Assembly (NCBI RefSeq): GCF_047607365.1
Contig: NZ_JASGDD010000043.1
Location: forward strand, 843 to 64,842
Direction of reading: 5' to 3'
DNA from: Nocardioides sp.
GTDB taxonomy: Bacteria; Actinomycetota; Actinomycetes; Propionibacteriales; Nocardioidaceae
Length of the DNA stretch: 64,000 nucleotides
Position numbers and translations under genes: made by a program. Shown in pieces: positions 16,010 through 32,914 of this stretch; within the stretch, counting starts at the first letter, position 1; each line of letters starts with the position of its first letter. The notes beneath the pieces were generated by a model that ran no database searches, was not told where the DNA came from, and saw only the letters and a list, made by a program, of their open reading frames with translations.

Positions 16010-17260
16010 TCATGAGAAGAGGGGCCGGCGGTCGACGGCGAGCGAGCGGCGCCCCGCCCACTGCCAGACCCGAGCGGCCCGGTCGCGGTCGTCGTCGGTC
16101 ACGAGGTTGCCCATCCAGCGCAGCGCGAGGGTCATCAGCCACTCGCTGCGCATGCCGAGGGGACCGAGCGCGGCGACGAGGCGGGGGTTGGTGGCGATGC
16201 CGGCCAGCCGCCGGGCGATCGAGAAGGCCTCGCCGTACTGCTCCCGGAGCAGCTCGGGCCACAGATGCGTCAGCGAGGTGTTCGGCGCGGCGGCGAGGAC
16301 GTCGGCGACGATCCGCCCCGTCTCGAGGCCGTAGTCGATGCCCTCGCCGTTGAGCGGGTTCACGCAGGCGGCCGCGTCGCCGATCAGAGCCCAGTTCGGG
16401 CCGGCGACGCCTCTGACCGCACCGCCCATCGGCAGCAGCGCGCTCGCCTCGGCCCGGAGCTCGCCGATCAGGCCGAACTCGTCGCGGATCTGCTCGGCAT
16501 AGAGCCGCATCAACGGCTTGATCGCCACGTCGGCCGGCCGCTGGGAGGTCGCGAGCGTCCCGGCGCCGAGGTTCACCTGACCGCCGCCGAGCGGGAAGAC
16601 CCAGCCGTACCCCGACAGCACCGCGCCCGCCTCGTCGCGCAGCTCGAGGTGCGAGGAGATCCACGGGTCGTCGCTGCGCGCGCTGGCCACGTAGGAGCGG
16701 CCGGCCACGCCGTAGACGGTGTCGCGGTGCCACTCCCGCCCGAGCACCTTGCCCAGCGGCGACCGTACGCCATCGGCGACGATCAGCCGGCGGCAGGCGA
16801 TCTCCCTCGTCGATCCAGGGCCGTCGGCGACGAGGACCGCCTCGGCCCGGCCGTCCGCGCCACGGCGTACGTCGACGGCGCGCAGCCCGTCGAGCGCGGT
16901 CGCGCCCGCCTTGATCGCCGTGGTGCGCAGGTGGTCGTCGAGCTCGGTGCGCGCGACCGCGGAACCCCAGTCCGGCAGGCCTCCGCCGGGCCATGGCAGC
17001 TCGAGCGTCTGCCCGAAGCCGTGCGCCCGCAGCCCGCGGGACACCGGATGCGTGCGCACCCAGTCCTCCAGCCCGAGCAGGCCCAGCTCGTGGACGGCCC
17101 GCGGCGTCAGCCCGTCGCCGCAGGTCTTGTCCCGCGGGAACGTCGCCATGTCGACGAGTACGACGTCGAGCCCTGCCCGGGCGGCCCAGGCGGCCGCGGA
17201 CGACCCCGCCGGCCCGGCCCCCACGACCAGCACGTCGCACCTGGCCGGGGAGGAACTCAT
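16010..17260 (-). CDS. Geranylgeranyl reductase-family FAD-dependent oxidoreductase
   Basis: ORF 16010..17320(-). Start at ATG 17260 (MSSSPARCDVLVVGAGPAGSSAA, dinucleotide fold). DKTCGDGLTPRAV and LIGDAAACVNPLNGEGI are family-typical. Confidence 0.85.
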   Translation of the reverse strand: MSSSPARCDVLVVGAGPAGSSAAAWAARAGLDVVLVDMATFPRDKTCGDGLTPRAVHELGLLGLEDWVRTHPVSRGLRAHGFGQTLELPWPGGGLPDWGSAVARTELDDHLRTTAIKAGATALDGLRAVDVRRGADGRAEAVLVADGPGSTREIACRRLIVADGVRSPLGKVLGREWHRDTVYGVAGRSYVASARSDDPWISSHLELRDEAGAVLSGYGWVFPLGGGQVNLGAGTLATSQRPADVAIKPLMRLYAEQIRDEFGLIGELRAEASALLPMGGAVRGVAGPNWALIGDAAACVNPLNGEGIDYGLETGRIVADVLAAAPNTSLTHLWPELLREQYGEAFSIARRLAGIATNPRLVAALGPLGMRSEWLMTLALRWMGNLVTDDDRDRAARVWQWAGRRSLAVDRRPLFS

Positions 17261-17327
17261 GAGCACAAGGCTATCCGGACGCCCGGTCACGCATGCGACG
17301 TCGCGCCGCGGGCAGCACAATCACCCC

Positions 17328-17762
17328 ATGAGACTGCTCCGCACGGCGTTGGCCACGCTGGGCTGGATCGCGCTGTTCGACGTCCTGGGGGTGGTGCTGC
17401 TCCTGCTCGCCGAGCTCGTCGCCGCGCTCGACATCGTGTGGCAGGACAGCATCGGGCTGGGCTACGTGGTCTGGTTCGTGACCGGCGTCTTCTGCTCGGT
17501 GACGATCTATCTCCACGGCAACGAGGACGCCTCCGTCGACGTCGTACGCCGGGCGGGGCTGCTCCGCGTGGCGGTGACGATCCCCGTCTGCCTCCTGGTG
17601 GGCCTCGTCTCGAGCCCCTTCTGGGCCGACGACGTGGAGGTGCGCGCGCCGCCCGACAGCGGCCCGCTGACGATCACCTACCTGGTGACGATCGTGGCCG
17701 CGATGCTCTTCTGGCACTTCGTCGTGTTCACGCCGACGAGGCGTCAGCCGACCTTGCGGTAG
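17328..17762 (+). CDS. Hypothetical integral membrane protein (4 predicted TM)
   Basis: ATG 17328 within ORF 16719..17762(+). MRLLRTALATLGWIALFDVLGVVLLLLAELVAAL plus three further hydrophobic segments. No recognisable family. Confidence 0.55.
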   Translation: MRLLRTALATLGWIALFDVLGVVLLLLAELVAALDIVWQDSIGLGYVVWFVTGVFCSVTIYLHGNEDASVDVVRRAGLLRVAVTIPVCLLVGLVSSPFWADDVEVRAPPDSGPLTITYLVTIVAAMLFWHFVVFTPTRRQPTLR

Positions 17763-18265
17763 GCCCGGTGGGCCAGCAATGTCAGGCGGCTGTTGGCGCA
17801 CGTCCGCGTCCGGTGGGCGACGAAGAGGGACACGGTCGAGTCCGGCGGGTAGACCCGGAAGCCGTCGACCGCCGTCGGGCGGCATCGCCGCGTGCCGTAG
17901 GGCGCCGCGGTGGTCTGGTCGACCAGGCTCGCCGCCCGCTCCCCGGGCGCGAGCCAGACCCGCCGCACCGTCGAGGGTGTGCGGGTCGCGGCATGACCGA
18001 CCTGGGTGCCGTCGCCGCCTCCGACGAAGGAGAGCCCGCCGTAGCCGCGGAGCCAGCAGCGGGTCGCCGACACGTTGGTCAGCCGGAGCGCGCCGAAGCG
18101 ATGCGACGCGCCTGCCCCTCGGCGGACGTAGCCGGCGGCGAGTTGCCCGGCGGTGCACTCCGTCGCCACGGTGGGCCTCGCGGCCCGGGCGGGCCCCGCG
18201 AGGGAGGCCGGCAGCAGCGCGGCGACGAGCAGGACGGCCGGGGCGAGGATCCGGGAAGGTCTCAT
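17744..18265 (-). CDS. Secreted DUF4232-like protein
   Basis: Signal peptide MRPSRILAPAVLLVAALLPASLAGPARA. CTAGQL...RLTNVSATRCWLRGYGGLSFV...RRCRPTAVDGFRVYPP resembles DUF4232 as I recall it. Confidence 0.65.
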   Translation of the reverse strand: MRPSRILAPAVLLVAALLPASLAGPARAARPTVATECTAGQLAAGYVRRGAGASHRFGALRLTNVSATRCWLRGYGGLSFVGGGDGTQVGHAATRTPSTVRRVWLAPGERAASLVDQTTAAPYGTRRCRPTAVDGFRVYPPDSTVSLFVAHRTRTCANSRLTLLAHRAYRKVG

Positions 18266-18314
18266 GTGACCCATTCAACGTCGCGCTCCGGCTGAGACAA
18301 GGCGCCCGGGACGG

Positions 18315-18350
18315 CACAGCGCCCGGCCCCTGACGGGACCGGGCGCTGTG
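18315..18350 (-). terminator. Candidate rpoC terminator hairpin
   Basis: CACAGCGCCCGG-(12 nt)-CCGGGCGCTGTG, a perfect 12-bp stem ~20 nt downstream of the rpoC stop. No U-tract. Confidence 0.5.
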
Positions 18351-18370
18351 GACGTCGACGCGGAGTCGGA

Positions 18371-22216
<3,846 letters not shown>

Positions 22217-22239
22217 TGTATGTATCCCTAACCCTCTGT

Positions 22240-25716
<3,477 letters not shown>

Positions 25717-25843
25717 GAGGAATCCTTCAACAGGTTTCGCTGTGATGAGCGCGGCCGACCACCGTGGAGTCACCGGACAGACCCGAGGCATTTGAGGGCA
25801 CGCGCAAAGAGCAACGATACCCTAAAGGGCGCGGCGACTCAAC

Positions 25844-25872
25844 ATCATGAGCCTGCGCCTGCCTCAGGTCAA
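25844..25872 (-). promoter_or_regulatory. Candidate sigma-A-type promoter upstream of rpoB
   Basis: Minus strand reads TTGACC-(17 nt)-CATGAT, ~130 nt upstream of the proposed rpoB start. Pattern match only. Confidence 0.3.
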
Positions 25873-25915
25873 GCATTGACTTGTCGTCGGCGTGGTGCGA
25901 CGGGGGTCTGTCCGG

Positions 25916-26416
25916 CTACTGAGTGACCAGATCGTCGATCAGCCATACCCCGCCGGTCTTCACCATCGTGAGGGTGACGTGGTCCTGGTAGGTGACCGGC
26001 GTGGTGTTCTCGGTGTTGCTGGTGGGGCGGTCGACCAGCACGAGGACCTGGACCCGGCCGGGGGTGGCGTGGACCACCCCGGAGCCGACCACCTTGGCCG
26101 TGATGACCGTCTTGGCCGCGGGCGCGTTGTCCTCGATCGTCTGCCAGAGGTCGGCGAAGGTACGCCGGTAGGACGCGGTGAGATAGCTCTCCGCCTCCTT
26201 CTCGTCGTCGTCCAGGGTCCGGTAGTCGTAGGTCAGCACGGGGATGACCGCCTGCTCGGCGGTCTGCCGGGCGTCCCGGGCGTCGTCCTCGGCCGCGACG
26301 GGATCGGGGCGGGTCCAGGCCCAGGCGGCGACCGCGATCGTCACCAGCGCGAGCACGCCCACCAGCGCGAGGAGCCATGCCGGCGGCTCCTTGCCCCACG
26401 CCGCCGGGCGGCTCAT
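25916..26416 (-). CDS. Mce-associated membrane protein (Mas/Mam family)
   Basis: 166 aa. N-terminal TM WLLALVGVLALVTIAVAAWAW, then an SnoaL/NTF2-like body ending GGVWLIDDLVTQ. ATGA overlap with the upstream mas gene, at the operon end. Confidence 0.75.
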   Translation of the reverse strand: MSRPAAWGKEPPAWLLALVGVLALVTIAVAAWAWTRPDPVAAEDDARDARQTAEQAVIPVLTYDYRTLDDDEKEAESYLTASYRRTFADLWQTIEDNAPAAKTVITAKVVGSGVVHATPGRVQVLVLVDRPTSNTENTTPVTYQDHVTLTMVKTGGVWLIDDLVTQ

Positions 26417-27042
26417 GGCGTGGCCTCCTGCGTCGGTGTGGCGGAGGCGCTCGGGTCGGCCGACTGGCTCGACTGCTGCTGCGCCTCCTGGCCGACGGGG
26501 GTGAAGTCGTCGACCTTCCAGACGCCACCCTGCCGGACGAGGGTGACCTCGACGCGGTAGGGCTGCGGGTCGGCGGACTGGCGGGCCTCACTGCCCGTGG
26601 CGTCGTCCTTGCTGCTCTTGTCGGGGAAGGAGTTGGTGAGCTCGCCGGCCACCAGGACGGTGGCGCGGCCGCGCTCAAGGTCGAGATCGCCGACGCCGGT
26701 GGCGTAGACGGTCGTGGTCCGGCCGAGCCCCGACTGTGCGACCGTCGCCTCGGCGTACGGGACGTTCTGCTCGAAGTCGGCCTTGAACTTGGCCGTCACG
26801 AGTGCCTCCACGTCCTTGCGGTACGACGGCATCGTCGACCCGTCGAGCAGGTCGGGGCCGTAGGTGTTGACCGTCGTCATGAAGGCGCGGGCCTGGGTCA
26901 TGACCACGTCGCGGGCGTCCTGGGTGGGATTGTCCGTCGCCCATGGAGCGCCGTCACGATGGACCGCCTGATAGCCCAGCGCCGCGACCGAGAGCACGAT
27001 GAGCGCTCCGAGGACCGCGAGGATGCCTCGCCGCAGGATCAC
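26413..27042 (-). CDS. Mce-associated membrane protein (Mas/Mam family)
   Basis: GTG 27042 (VILRRGILAVLGALIVLSVAALGY) overlaps the mceF stop (GTGA). Body ends GGVWKVDDFTPV plus a Gln/Ser-rich tail. Confidence 0.75.
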   Translation of the reverse strand: MILRRGILAVLGALIVLSVAALGYQAVHRDGAPWATDNPTQDARDVVMTQARAFMTTVNTYGPDLLDGSTMPSYRKDVEALVTAKFKADFEQNVPYAEATVAQSGLGRTTTVYATGVGDLDLERGRATVLVAGELTNSFPDKSSKDDATGSEARQSADPQPYRVEVTLVRQGGVWKVDDFTPVGQEAQQQSSQSADPSASATPTQEATP

Positions 27043-28235
27043 TCGGGGGCGCCCCAGCTGAACGTGTGCGTGGCGTCGTCGTAGGAGCCGATCACCGTAG
27101 AAGTATCCACGCTGCCGGTCATCGGGGCCGCCCGGTCGAGGTTCTGCGCGCCGCGCGGGTCCGACGTGCTCGGCGACTCGGTGCACTTGGCGTCGGTGTT
27201 GAGCGGCTTGTTCGTGCCGACCTGCGGCGCCTGCTTCTTGGTGCCCTCGTAGCCCTTCTCGCAGAGCTTGTCCTGGGTGAGCACGAGGCCGAAGTGGGCG
27301 TTCCACACCCCGCCGACGTCGTCGTCGACGACGGTGTAGCCACCCTCGACGACGTACGGGTAGAGGACGAGGACCTGCTTGAGGCCCGGGAGGCGCTGGT
27401 AGACGATGTCGCCGATCGTCACCGACTCGCTCAGCAGCTCGGTCAGGTCGACGTTGTTCTCGTCGAGGAACGTCTTGAGCTGGGCGGCGCCCGCGGCGCC
27501 ATTGGCGATGAGGCGGCGCAGGTTCTTGTCGTTGCCGGCGAGCACCCCGCTGAAGAGCGAGAGGTTCTTCGCGAAGCTCGTGATCGCGCTGCTGGTGGCG
27601 ACCTGGCCGTCCAGGACCGTGTTGCCGTCGCGGAGCAGCGCGGAGGTGAGGTCGAAGTTCTGGTTGGCGGTCTCGATGAACGAGGTGCTGGTGTCGATGA
27701 TCTTCTGCAGGTCCAGGCCGGTGCCGGCGAAGGCCGTCCCCAGCTCGTGGATCGTGGTCGCGAGCGAGTCGCGGTTCACCGAGTCGACCGTCTCGGCGGT
27801 GTCGCCGAGCAGCTTCTCCGTCGGCAGGGGCGTCCTGGTGTGCGCCTGGGCGATCTCCGAGCCGTCCCGCAGGTAGGGCTGCGCGCTGCTCTGCGGCTGG
27901 AGGTCGACGTACTGCTCGCCGACGGCCGACCGGTTGGCGACGGCCGCGATGGCGTCCGACGGGATGGCGTCGTACTCCTTGTCGATGTCCAGGTAGACGT
28001 CGACGCCGTCGTCGGTGAGCACCATCTTCGAGACCTCGCCGACCTTGACCCCCCGCCAGTCCACCTCGGCGCCCTCGTAGATCCCGCCCGAGGAGAGGAA
28101 GTGCCCGACGACGGTGTAGCCGGGGTCGCGGACGAGCCGGTCGAGCCGGGCGTAGCGCGCGCCGGCGTAGGTGACGCCGATGAGCGTGATGAGGACGAAG
28201 ACGAGCAGCTGGACCTTGACGCGCCGGGTGATCAC
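27039..28235 (-). CDS. mceF: Mce-family substrate-binding protein MceF
   Basis: GTG 28235 (VITRRVKVQLLVFVLITLIGVTY) overlaps the mceE stop (GTGA). MCE domain GGIYEGAEVDWRGVKVGEV. Sixth Mce paralog in the operon. Confidence 0.85.
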   Translation of the reverse strand: MITRRVKVQLLVFVLITLIGVTYAGARYARLDRLVRDPGYTVVGHFLSSGGIYEGAEVDWRGVKVGEVSKMVLTDDGVDVYLDIDKEYDAIPSDAIAAVANRSAVGEQYVDLQPQSSAQPYLRDGSEIAQAHTRTPLPTEKLLGDTAETVDSVNRDSLATTIHELGTAFAGTGLDLQKIIDTSTSFIETANQNFDLTSALLRDGNTVLDGQVATSSAITSFAKNLSLFSGVLAGNDKNLRRLIANGAAGAAQLKTFLDENNVDLTELLSESVTIGDIVYQRLPGLKQVLVLYPYVVEGGYTVVDDDVGGVWNAHFGLVLTQDKLCEKGYEGTKKQAPQVGTNKPLNTDAKCTESPSTSDPRGAQNLDRAAPMTGSVDTSTVIGSYDDATHTFSWGAPE

Positions 28236-29767
28236 TGGACTGTCTCCTTCACGGCGAGACCCGGGACGAGGAGGCGCACCAGGCTCGGGTCGTAGACCTC
28301 GCTCAGCTGCTCGTAGGTGACCTTCGACCGCCCGTCGGCGCCGACCGGCGCGCGGGAGAGCCCGGCGAGCGCGCCGCCGAGGACGTCGCCGACGCCCGGG
28401 ATGGCGCTGGCGAGCTGGGAGGCGAGGTCGGAGGGGATGATGGTGACGCCGGCCGTCGGCAGCCCGGGCACCTGGTTGATCAGCTTGCAGAGCGCGGTGT
28501 CGCGGTTGGACGGCTTCTTGCAGGCGTTGATGATGTCCAGCACGGTCGTCCCGGCGGCGAGCAGGTCCTTGCACGCCTGGCTGCTCAGGTCGCCCGAGGT
28601 GAGGCACTTCGTCAGGTTGCTCACGACGTTCGTCGGGTTGAGCACCGACGGCACCGCGCTGCTGGCGTCGAGGAGATCCGAGGCGTCGACCTGCAGGGTG
28701 ATGGAGAGGTTGACGTAGTCGCCCATGTGGAGGTTCTTCGCGACGGTCGGGTCGCGACCGACGACCTCGTCGACGAAGGGATAGGTGAAGGCGGTGTCGA
28801 GGGAGTTCACCAGGTGGTCGCCGGCGTTCGCGAGCTGGGTGAGGGTCGGCTCCAGGTTGTCGAACGTCCGGATCACCTGGGCCTTGGAGGCCTTGATGAC
28901 CCGGGTGCCGACCTCGCCGAGGTCACTGAGCGCCTGGAGCATCGTGACCAGGTCCTTGCGCTGGGACTCGATGCTGGTCAGCGCGCCGGGCAGCTCCTCG
29001 AGCGTCGCGTCGATCGTGTCCTCCTGGGACCGGGCCGACTTCGCGAGGCGGTCGACGGCCTCGATGGCGTTGACGATGTCGGCCTTGTGGTCGTCGAGCT
29101 GGGTGACCAGCTGGTTGACCTGCGTGAGCACGTCGCGGGCGGCGTCCTCGTGGCCGGCGAGCGCCTTGTTGAGCTCGGTCGAGATGGTCTGCAGCTGAGC
29201 GACGCCGCCGCCGTTGAGGACCAGGCTCAGCGCGCCCAGGACCTCCTCGATCTCGGGGTTGCGGCCGCTGTTGGCCAGCGTGATCGTGTCGCCGCTGGCG
29301 AGCATGGTGGTGCTGGGGTCAGTCTCCGGCGCGGCCAGGTCGACGAACTTCTCGCCGAGCAGGCTGGTCTGGCGGATGGTTGCGACGGCGTTGACCGGGA
29401 GCTTGGTGTCCTTGCGCAGCTGGACCCGGACGTCGGCGTGGCCGTCGTCGAGGGCGATGTCCTGCACCCGTCCGACCGTGACGTCCCCGACCTTCACCGA
29501 CGAGTCCGGCACGAGGTCGAGCACGTCGGCGAACTGGACCGTCACCGTGATCGGGTCGTCGCCGGTGTCGGCGCCACCGGGCAGCGGCAGCGAGTACGCG
29601 TCGAAGGAGCATCCGCTCAGGCCGAGCGTCAGCACCAGCACGGCCGCGATGGATGAGCGGCGCCAGGCGCGTGCGATGGCAAGGCGGAGCGCCGAAGGCG
29701 GCCTTGGAGCGAAGCGGGCCGTCGAGGCGCGACAACGCGGCCGGCGTGCGTGCATGGCGTCGCTCAT
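28232..29767 (-). CDS. mceE: Mce-family lipoprotein MceE with unusual N-terminal extension
   Basis: 511 aa. Lipobox LTLGLSGC. MCE domain VPDSSVKVGDVTVGRV. ATG 29767 overlaps the mceD stop (ATGA). Residues ~5-35, ahead of the signal peptide, are encoded by the ~90-bp interspersed repeat. Confidence 0.85.
   Translation of the reverse strand: MSDAMHARRPRCRASTARFAPRPPSALRLAIARAWRRSSIAAVLVLTLGLSGCSFDAYSLPLPGGADTGDDPITVTVQFADVLDLVPDSSVKVGDVTVGRVQDIALDDGHADVRVQLRKDTKLPVNAVATIRQTSLLGEKFVDLAAPETDPSTTMLASGDTITLANSGRNPEIEEVLGALSLVLNGGGVAQLQTISTELNKALAGHEDAARDVLTQVNQLVTQLDDHKADIVNAIEAVDRLAKSARSQEDTIDATLEELPGALTSIESQRKDLVTMLQALSDLGEVGTRVIKASKAQVIRTFDNLEPTLTQLANAGDHLVNSLDTAFTYPFVDEVVGRDPTVAKNLHMGDYVNLSITLQVDASDLLDASSAVPSVLNPTNVVSNLTKCLTSGDLSSQACKDLLAAGTTVLDIINACKKPSNRDTALCKLINQVPGLPTAGVTIIPSDLASQLASAIPGVGDVLGGALAGLSRAPVGADGRSKVTYEQLSEVYDPSLVRLLVPGLAVKETVQ
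29667..29756 (+). repeat. ~90-bp interspersed repeat, copy B (inside the 5' end of mceE, antisense to the gene)
   Basis: GGCAAGGCGGAGCGCCGAAGGCGGCC...GTCGAGGCGCGACAACGCGGCCGGCGTGCGTGCATG aligns block-for-block with the copies at 7568-7664 and 51896-51984. Confidence 0.75.
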
Positions 29768-30897
29768 CGCACCAGACCTCCGAGGGTGAGATCACTCTTC
29801 TTGCCGTAGCTGGACCCGGTGCCGGCGTACGCGCCGAAGAGGTCGCCGCTGCGGCCCGAGCCGCCGATCGCCTTGCACAGGCTGCCCGAGGAGTCGACGT
29901 TGTCGAGGATCGTGCAGAGGGCGAGCGCGGGATCGGCGAGGTCGAAGCCGAGTGCCTTGTCCAGGTTGGAGTTGGTGTCCAGCGTGCCCGCCTGGGGGTT
30001 GTAGCCGTAGAAGAGGTTGTTGAGCGCGAGCGGCGCGTTGTTGAGGGTCTCCGCGAGCTGGTCGCGCCGCTTGACGACGACCTTCGCCAGCCGGTTCAGG
30101 CTCTTGATGTCGCTGTGCAGGACGTCCTTGTTGTCCTTGACGAACGTCTGGACGGCTCCCAGCGCCGTGGCCAGGTTGCGGACCGAGTTGGCGAGGTCGG
30201 TGCGCTCCCCCGCGAGCATCTCGGAGACCGACGCGAGCGAGGTGTTGAAGTCGCGCACGGTGTCGTCGTTCTTCGCCAGCGTGCTGATGAACCCCTCGAG
30301 CTGCTGGGCCGAGGAGAAGAACTCGTCCTTGTTGTCGTCGAGCGTCTGGGTGAGGTCGCTGAAGTCGCCGATCGTCTCGTGGAACTGCTCGCCCTCGCCG
30401 CCGAAGTTCTTCGCGGTCTGGTCGAGGAGGTCCGACAGCGCACCGTTCTTGTTGGCGCCCTCGGGGCCGATCGCCACCACGAGGTCGTCGAGGTTGCTGT
30501 AGATGTCGTCGAGCTCGAGCGGCGTCGCGGTCCGCGAGGTGTCGAGGACGGCCCCGTCGGCAAGCGTCGGCCCCGAGGTCCACGCCGGCGTCAGCTGGAC
30601 GAACCGGTCGCCGACGACCGAGGGGGCCACGATGAGGGCCTTGGCGTCCTCGGGGACCTTGACGTCGTCGTCGTAGTGCATCGTCACCTTGACCGACGTG
30701 CCACCGGGCTCGACCTTGTCGACCTGGCCGACCGTGACGCCGAGGATCCGGACCTCGCTGCCCTCGTAGATCGAGACTGTGCGCGGGAACTCGGCGACCA
30801 GGGTGCGCTGGCCACCGCCGACGAGCGTCTTGAGGCCGGCCAGGACGACCAGCAGGGCCACCGCCCCGATGGCGAGCCACTTCAGGATCGCGCGCAT
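29764..30897 (-). CDS. mceD: Mce-family substrate-binding protein MceD
   Basis: ATG 30897 (MRAILKWLAIGAVALLVVLAG) overlaps the mceC stop by 1 nt (TGATG). MCE domain SEVRILGVTVGQV. Confidence 0.85.
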   Translation of the reverse strand: MRAILKWLAIGAVALLVVLAGLKTLVGGGQRTLVAEFPRTVSIYEGSEVRILGVTVGQVDKVEPGGTSVKVTMHYDDDVKVPEDAKALIVAPSVVGDRFVQLTPAWTSGPTLADGAVLDTSRTATPLELDDIYSNLDDLVVAIGPEGANKNGALSDLLDQTAKNFGGEGEQFHETIGDFSDLTQTLDDNKDEFFSSAQQLEGFISTLAKNDDTVRDFNTSLASVSEMLAGERTDLANSVRNLATALGAVQTFVKDNKDVLHSDIKSLNRLAKVVVKRRDQLAETLNNAPLALNNLFYGYNPQAGTLDTNSNLDKALGFDLADPALALCTILDNVDSSGSLCKAIGGSGRSGDLFGAYAGTGSSYGKKSDLTLGGLVR

Positions 30898-31865
30898 CAG
30901 CCCACCGCCGCCGTCGGGGGGATGTTCTGGATGTAGGAGTCGAACCACGGGCCGTTGCCGAGGACATTGCTGAAGATCCGGTAGAACGGCGCCATCAGCC
31001 GCAGGCTCTCGTCGATGTTGTCCTCGTTCTTCTCCAGCACGTTGAGCACGCTCTGCACCTGGGTGAGGGCGGGGTTGAGATCGGCCTTCGTCTCCTTGAT
31101 GAGGGTGGTCAGCCGCTGGGACAGGCTCGAGGTCGAGGTGAGCAGCTGGTGGACCGCGTCGCGGCGCGCCACGAGGGCGGTGAAGAGGCTGTCGGCGTCC
31201 TTCATCAGGGCGACGAGGTCGCCGTCCCGCTCGTCGAGCACCTTCGAGACCCGCTCGAGGTTGGTGAGGAGGGTGCCGATCTGCTCGTCCTTCGCGGCGA
31301 GCGTCTTCGACAGCGCGGAGACGCCGTCGAGCGCCTGGCGGAACGACTCCGGCGTCGTGCGGGTGAGGTCGGAGAGCGTCGTGAGCGCCGCGGCGAGCTG
31401 GTCGGTGTCGATGTCGCCGGCGGTGTTCGCCAGTCCGGTGAACGCCTGGACGACGTCGTACGGCGACGTGGTCCGCTCCACGGGGATCTCGGCGTCCTCG
31501 GCGAGCTGGCCGCTGCCGGCGGGCTCGAGCGCGACGAACATCGCGCCGAGGATGGTCTTCACCTTGATCGAGGCCCGGGTGTCCTTGCCGAAGGCGGAGT
31601 CGGTCTTGAGCCGGAAGCCGACCCGCACGTGGCCACCGACGAGCTTGATCTGGTCGACCTTGCCGACCCGGACGCCCGCGATCCGGACCTCGTCGCCGGA
31701 CTTGAGGCCGCCGATCTCCGCGAAGTCGGCGTAGTAGCGGGTGCCGCCGCCGATGAGGGGCAGGCTGCCCGCCTTGAAGGCGCCGAGCATGAGGAGCGCG
31801 ATCACGGCCAGGCTGATGGCGCCGATCGTGATCGGGTTGCGCTCGCGGAAGGGCTTGTGATTCAT
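30897..31865 (-). CDS. mceC: Mce-family substrate-binding protein MceC
   Basis: ATG 31865 (MNHKPFRERNPITIGAISLAVIALLML) has an ATGA overlap with mceB. MCE domain GDEVRIAGVRVGKV. Confidence 0.85.
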   Translation of the reverse strand: MNHKPFRERNPITIGAISLAVIALLMLGAFKAGSLPLIGGGTRYYADFAEIGGLKSGDEVRIAGVRVGKVDQIKLVGGHVRVGFRLKTDSAFGKDTRASIKVKTILGAMFVALEPAGSGQLAEDAEIPVERTTSPYDVVQAFTGLANTAGDIDTDQLAAALTTLSDLTRTTPESFRQALDGVSALSKTLAAKDEQIGTLLTNLERVSKVLDERDGDLVALMKDADSLFTALVARRDAVHQLLTSTSSLSQRLTTLIKETKADLNPALTQVQSVLNVLEKNEDNIDESLRLMAPFYRIFSNVLGNGPWFDSYIQNIPPTAAVG

Positions 31866-32914
31866 CCGAGGTTGCACCTCGCCCCCGCGTTGAACTTGAT
31901 GGTCGAGGTGCCCAGCTTGACCTCCTGGCCGCCCGGCAGCTTGACGCTGCCGTCGAAGTCGCAGAGGTAGAAGTTGAACCACGACCCGTAGGAGCCGACG
32001 TTGCCGATGTTGTTGAGCTTGATCGGCAGCACCTGGAGCATGCGGTCGAGCTCGGCGCTGTTCGCGTTGATGTTGGTGGCGACCTTGCGCAGCTGCTTGA
32101 CGTCCTCGGGAAGCGGGTCGCTCAGGCCCTTGAGCAGGTCGGCGGTCTGGGTGGACACCTCCGAGATCTGGTCGAGCGAGCCGAGGATCGCGTCCTTGTC
32201 CTCGGCGAGGCCGCCGACGAAGGTGCGGAACGTCGTGATGAGGTCCGAGAGCTGCGTGTCGCGGTCGGCGAGGTGGTCGAGCACCTGGTTGAGGTTGTCG
32301 ATCAGCGAGTCGATCACGGCGTCGCGGCTGGACAGCGTCTGCGTCACCGAGGCCGTGTGGGTCAACAGGCTCTCCAGCGTCCCGCCCTCGCCCTGGAACA
32401 CCTGGACGATCTCGTAGGACAGCTTGTTGATCTCGTCGGGCGACAGCGCCTGGAAGAGCGGCTTGAAGCCGTTGAACAGGGTGCTCAGGTCCAGGGACGG
32501 CTGGGTCTGGGAGATCGGGATCGTCTGGCCGGGCTTGAGCCGGCTGCCGCTCTCGAGGGTGTCGGTGAGCGCGAGATACCGCTGGCCGACGATGTTGCGG
32601 TACCGGATGGTGGCCCTGGTCGCGGTGGCCAGGTGCTGGTCGTCGGTGACGGTGAAGGTGACCAGCGCGTGCGTGCGGTCGGTGATCCGGATGTCCTTGA
32701 CCGTGCCGACCTTCACCCCCGCAATGCGTACGTCGTCGCCCTTGGCCATCCCGGTCGCCTCGGCGAACACCGCCTTGTAGCTCTCCGAGCCGCCGAAGGA
32801 GAGGTTGCCGATGGTGAGGATGAGGATGCCCGTCGCCATCGCCGTGATCACCATGAAGATCAGCAGGCGGACGAGGTCGCCCGCCGTCTTGCGGTCCAGT
32901 CCCGAGCGGCTCAT
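31862..32914 (-). CDS. mceB: Mce-family substrate-binding protein MceB
   Basis: ATG 32914 (MSRSGLDRKTAGDLVRLLIFMVITAMATG) has an ATGA overlap with mceA. MCE domain GDDVRIAGVKVGTV. Confidence 0.85.
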   Translation of the reverse strand: MSRSGLDRKTAGDLVRLLIFMVITAMATGILILTIGNLSFGGSESYKAVFAEATGMAKGDDVRIAGVKVGTVKDIRITDRTHALVTFTVTDDQHLATATRATIRYRNIVGQRYLALTDTLESGSRLKPGQTIPISQTQPSLDLSTLFNGFKPLFQALSPDEINKLSYEIVQVFQGEGGTLESLLTHTASVTQTLSSRDAVIDSLIDNLNQVLDHLADRDTQLSDLITTFRTFVGGLAEDKDAILGSLDQISEVSTQTADLLKGLSDPLPEDVKQLRKVATNINANSAELDRMLQVLPIKLNNIGNVGSYGSWFNFYLCDFDGSVKLPGGQEVKLGTSTIKFNAGARCNLG

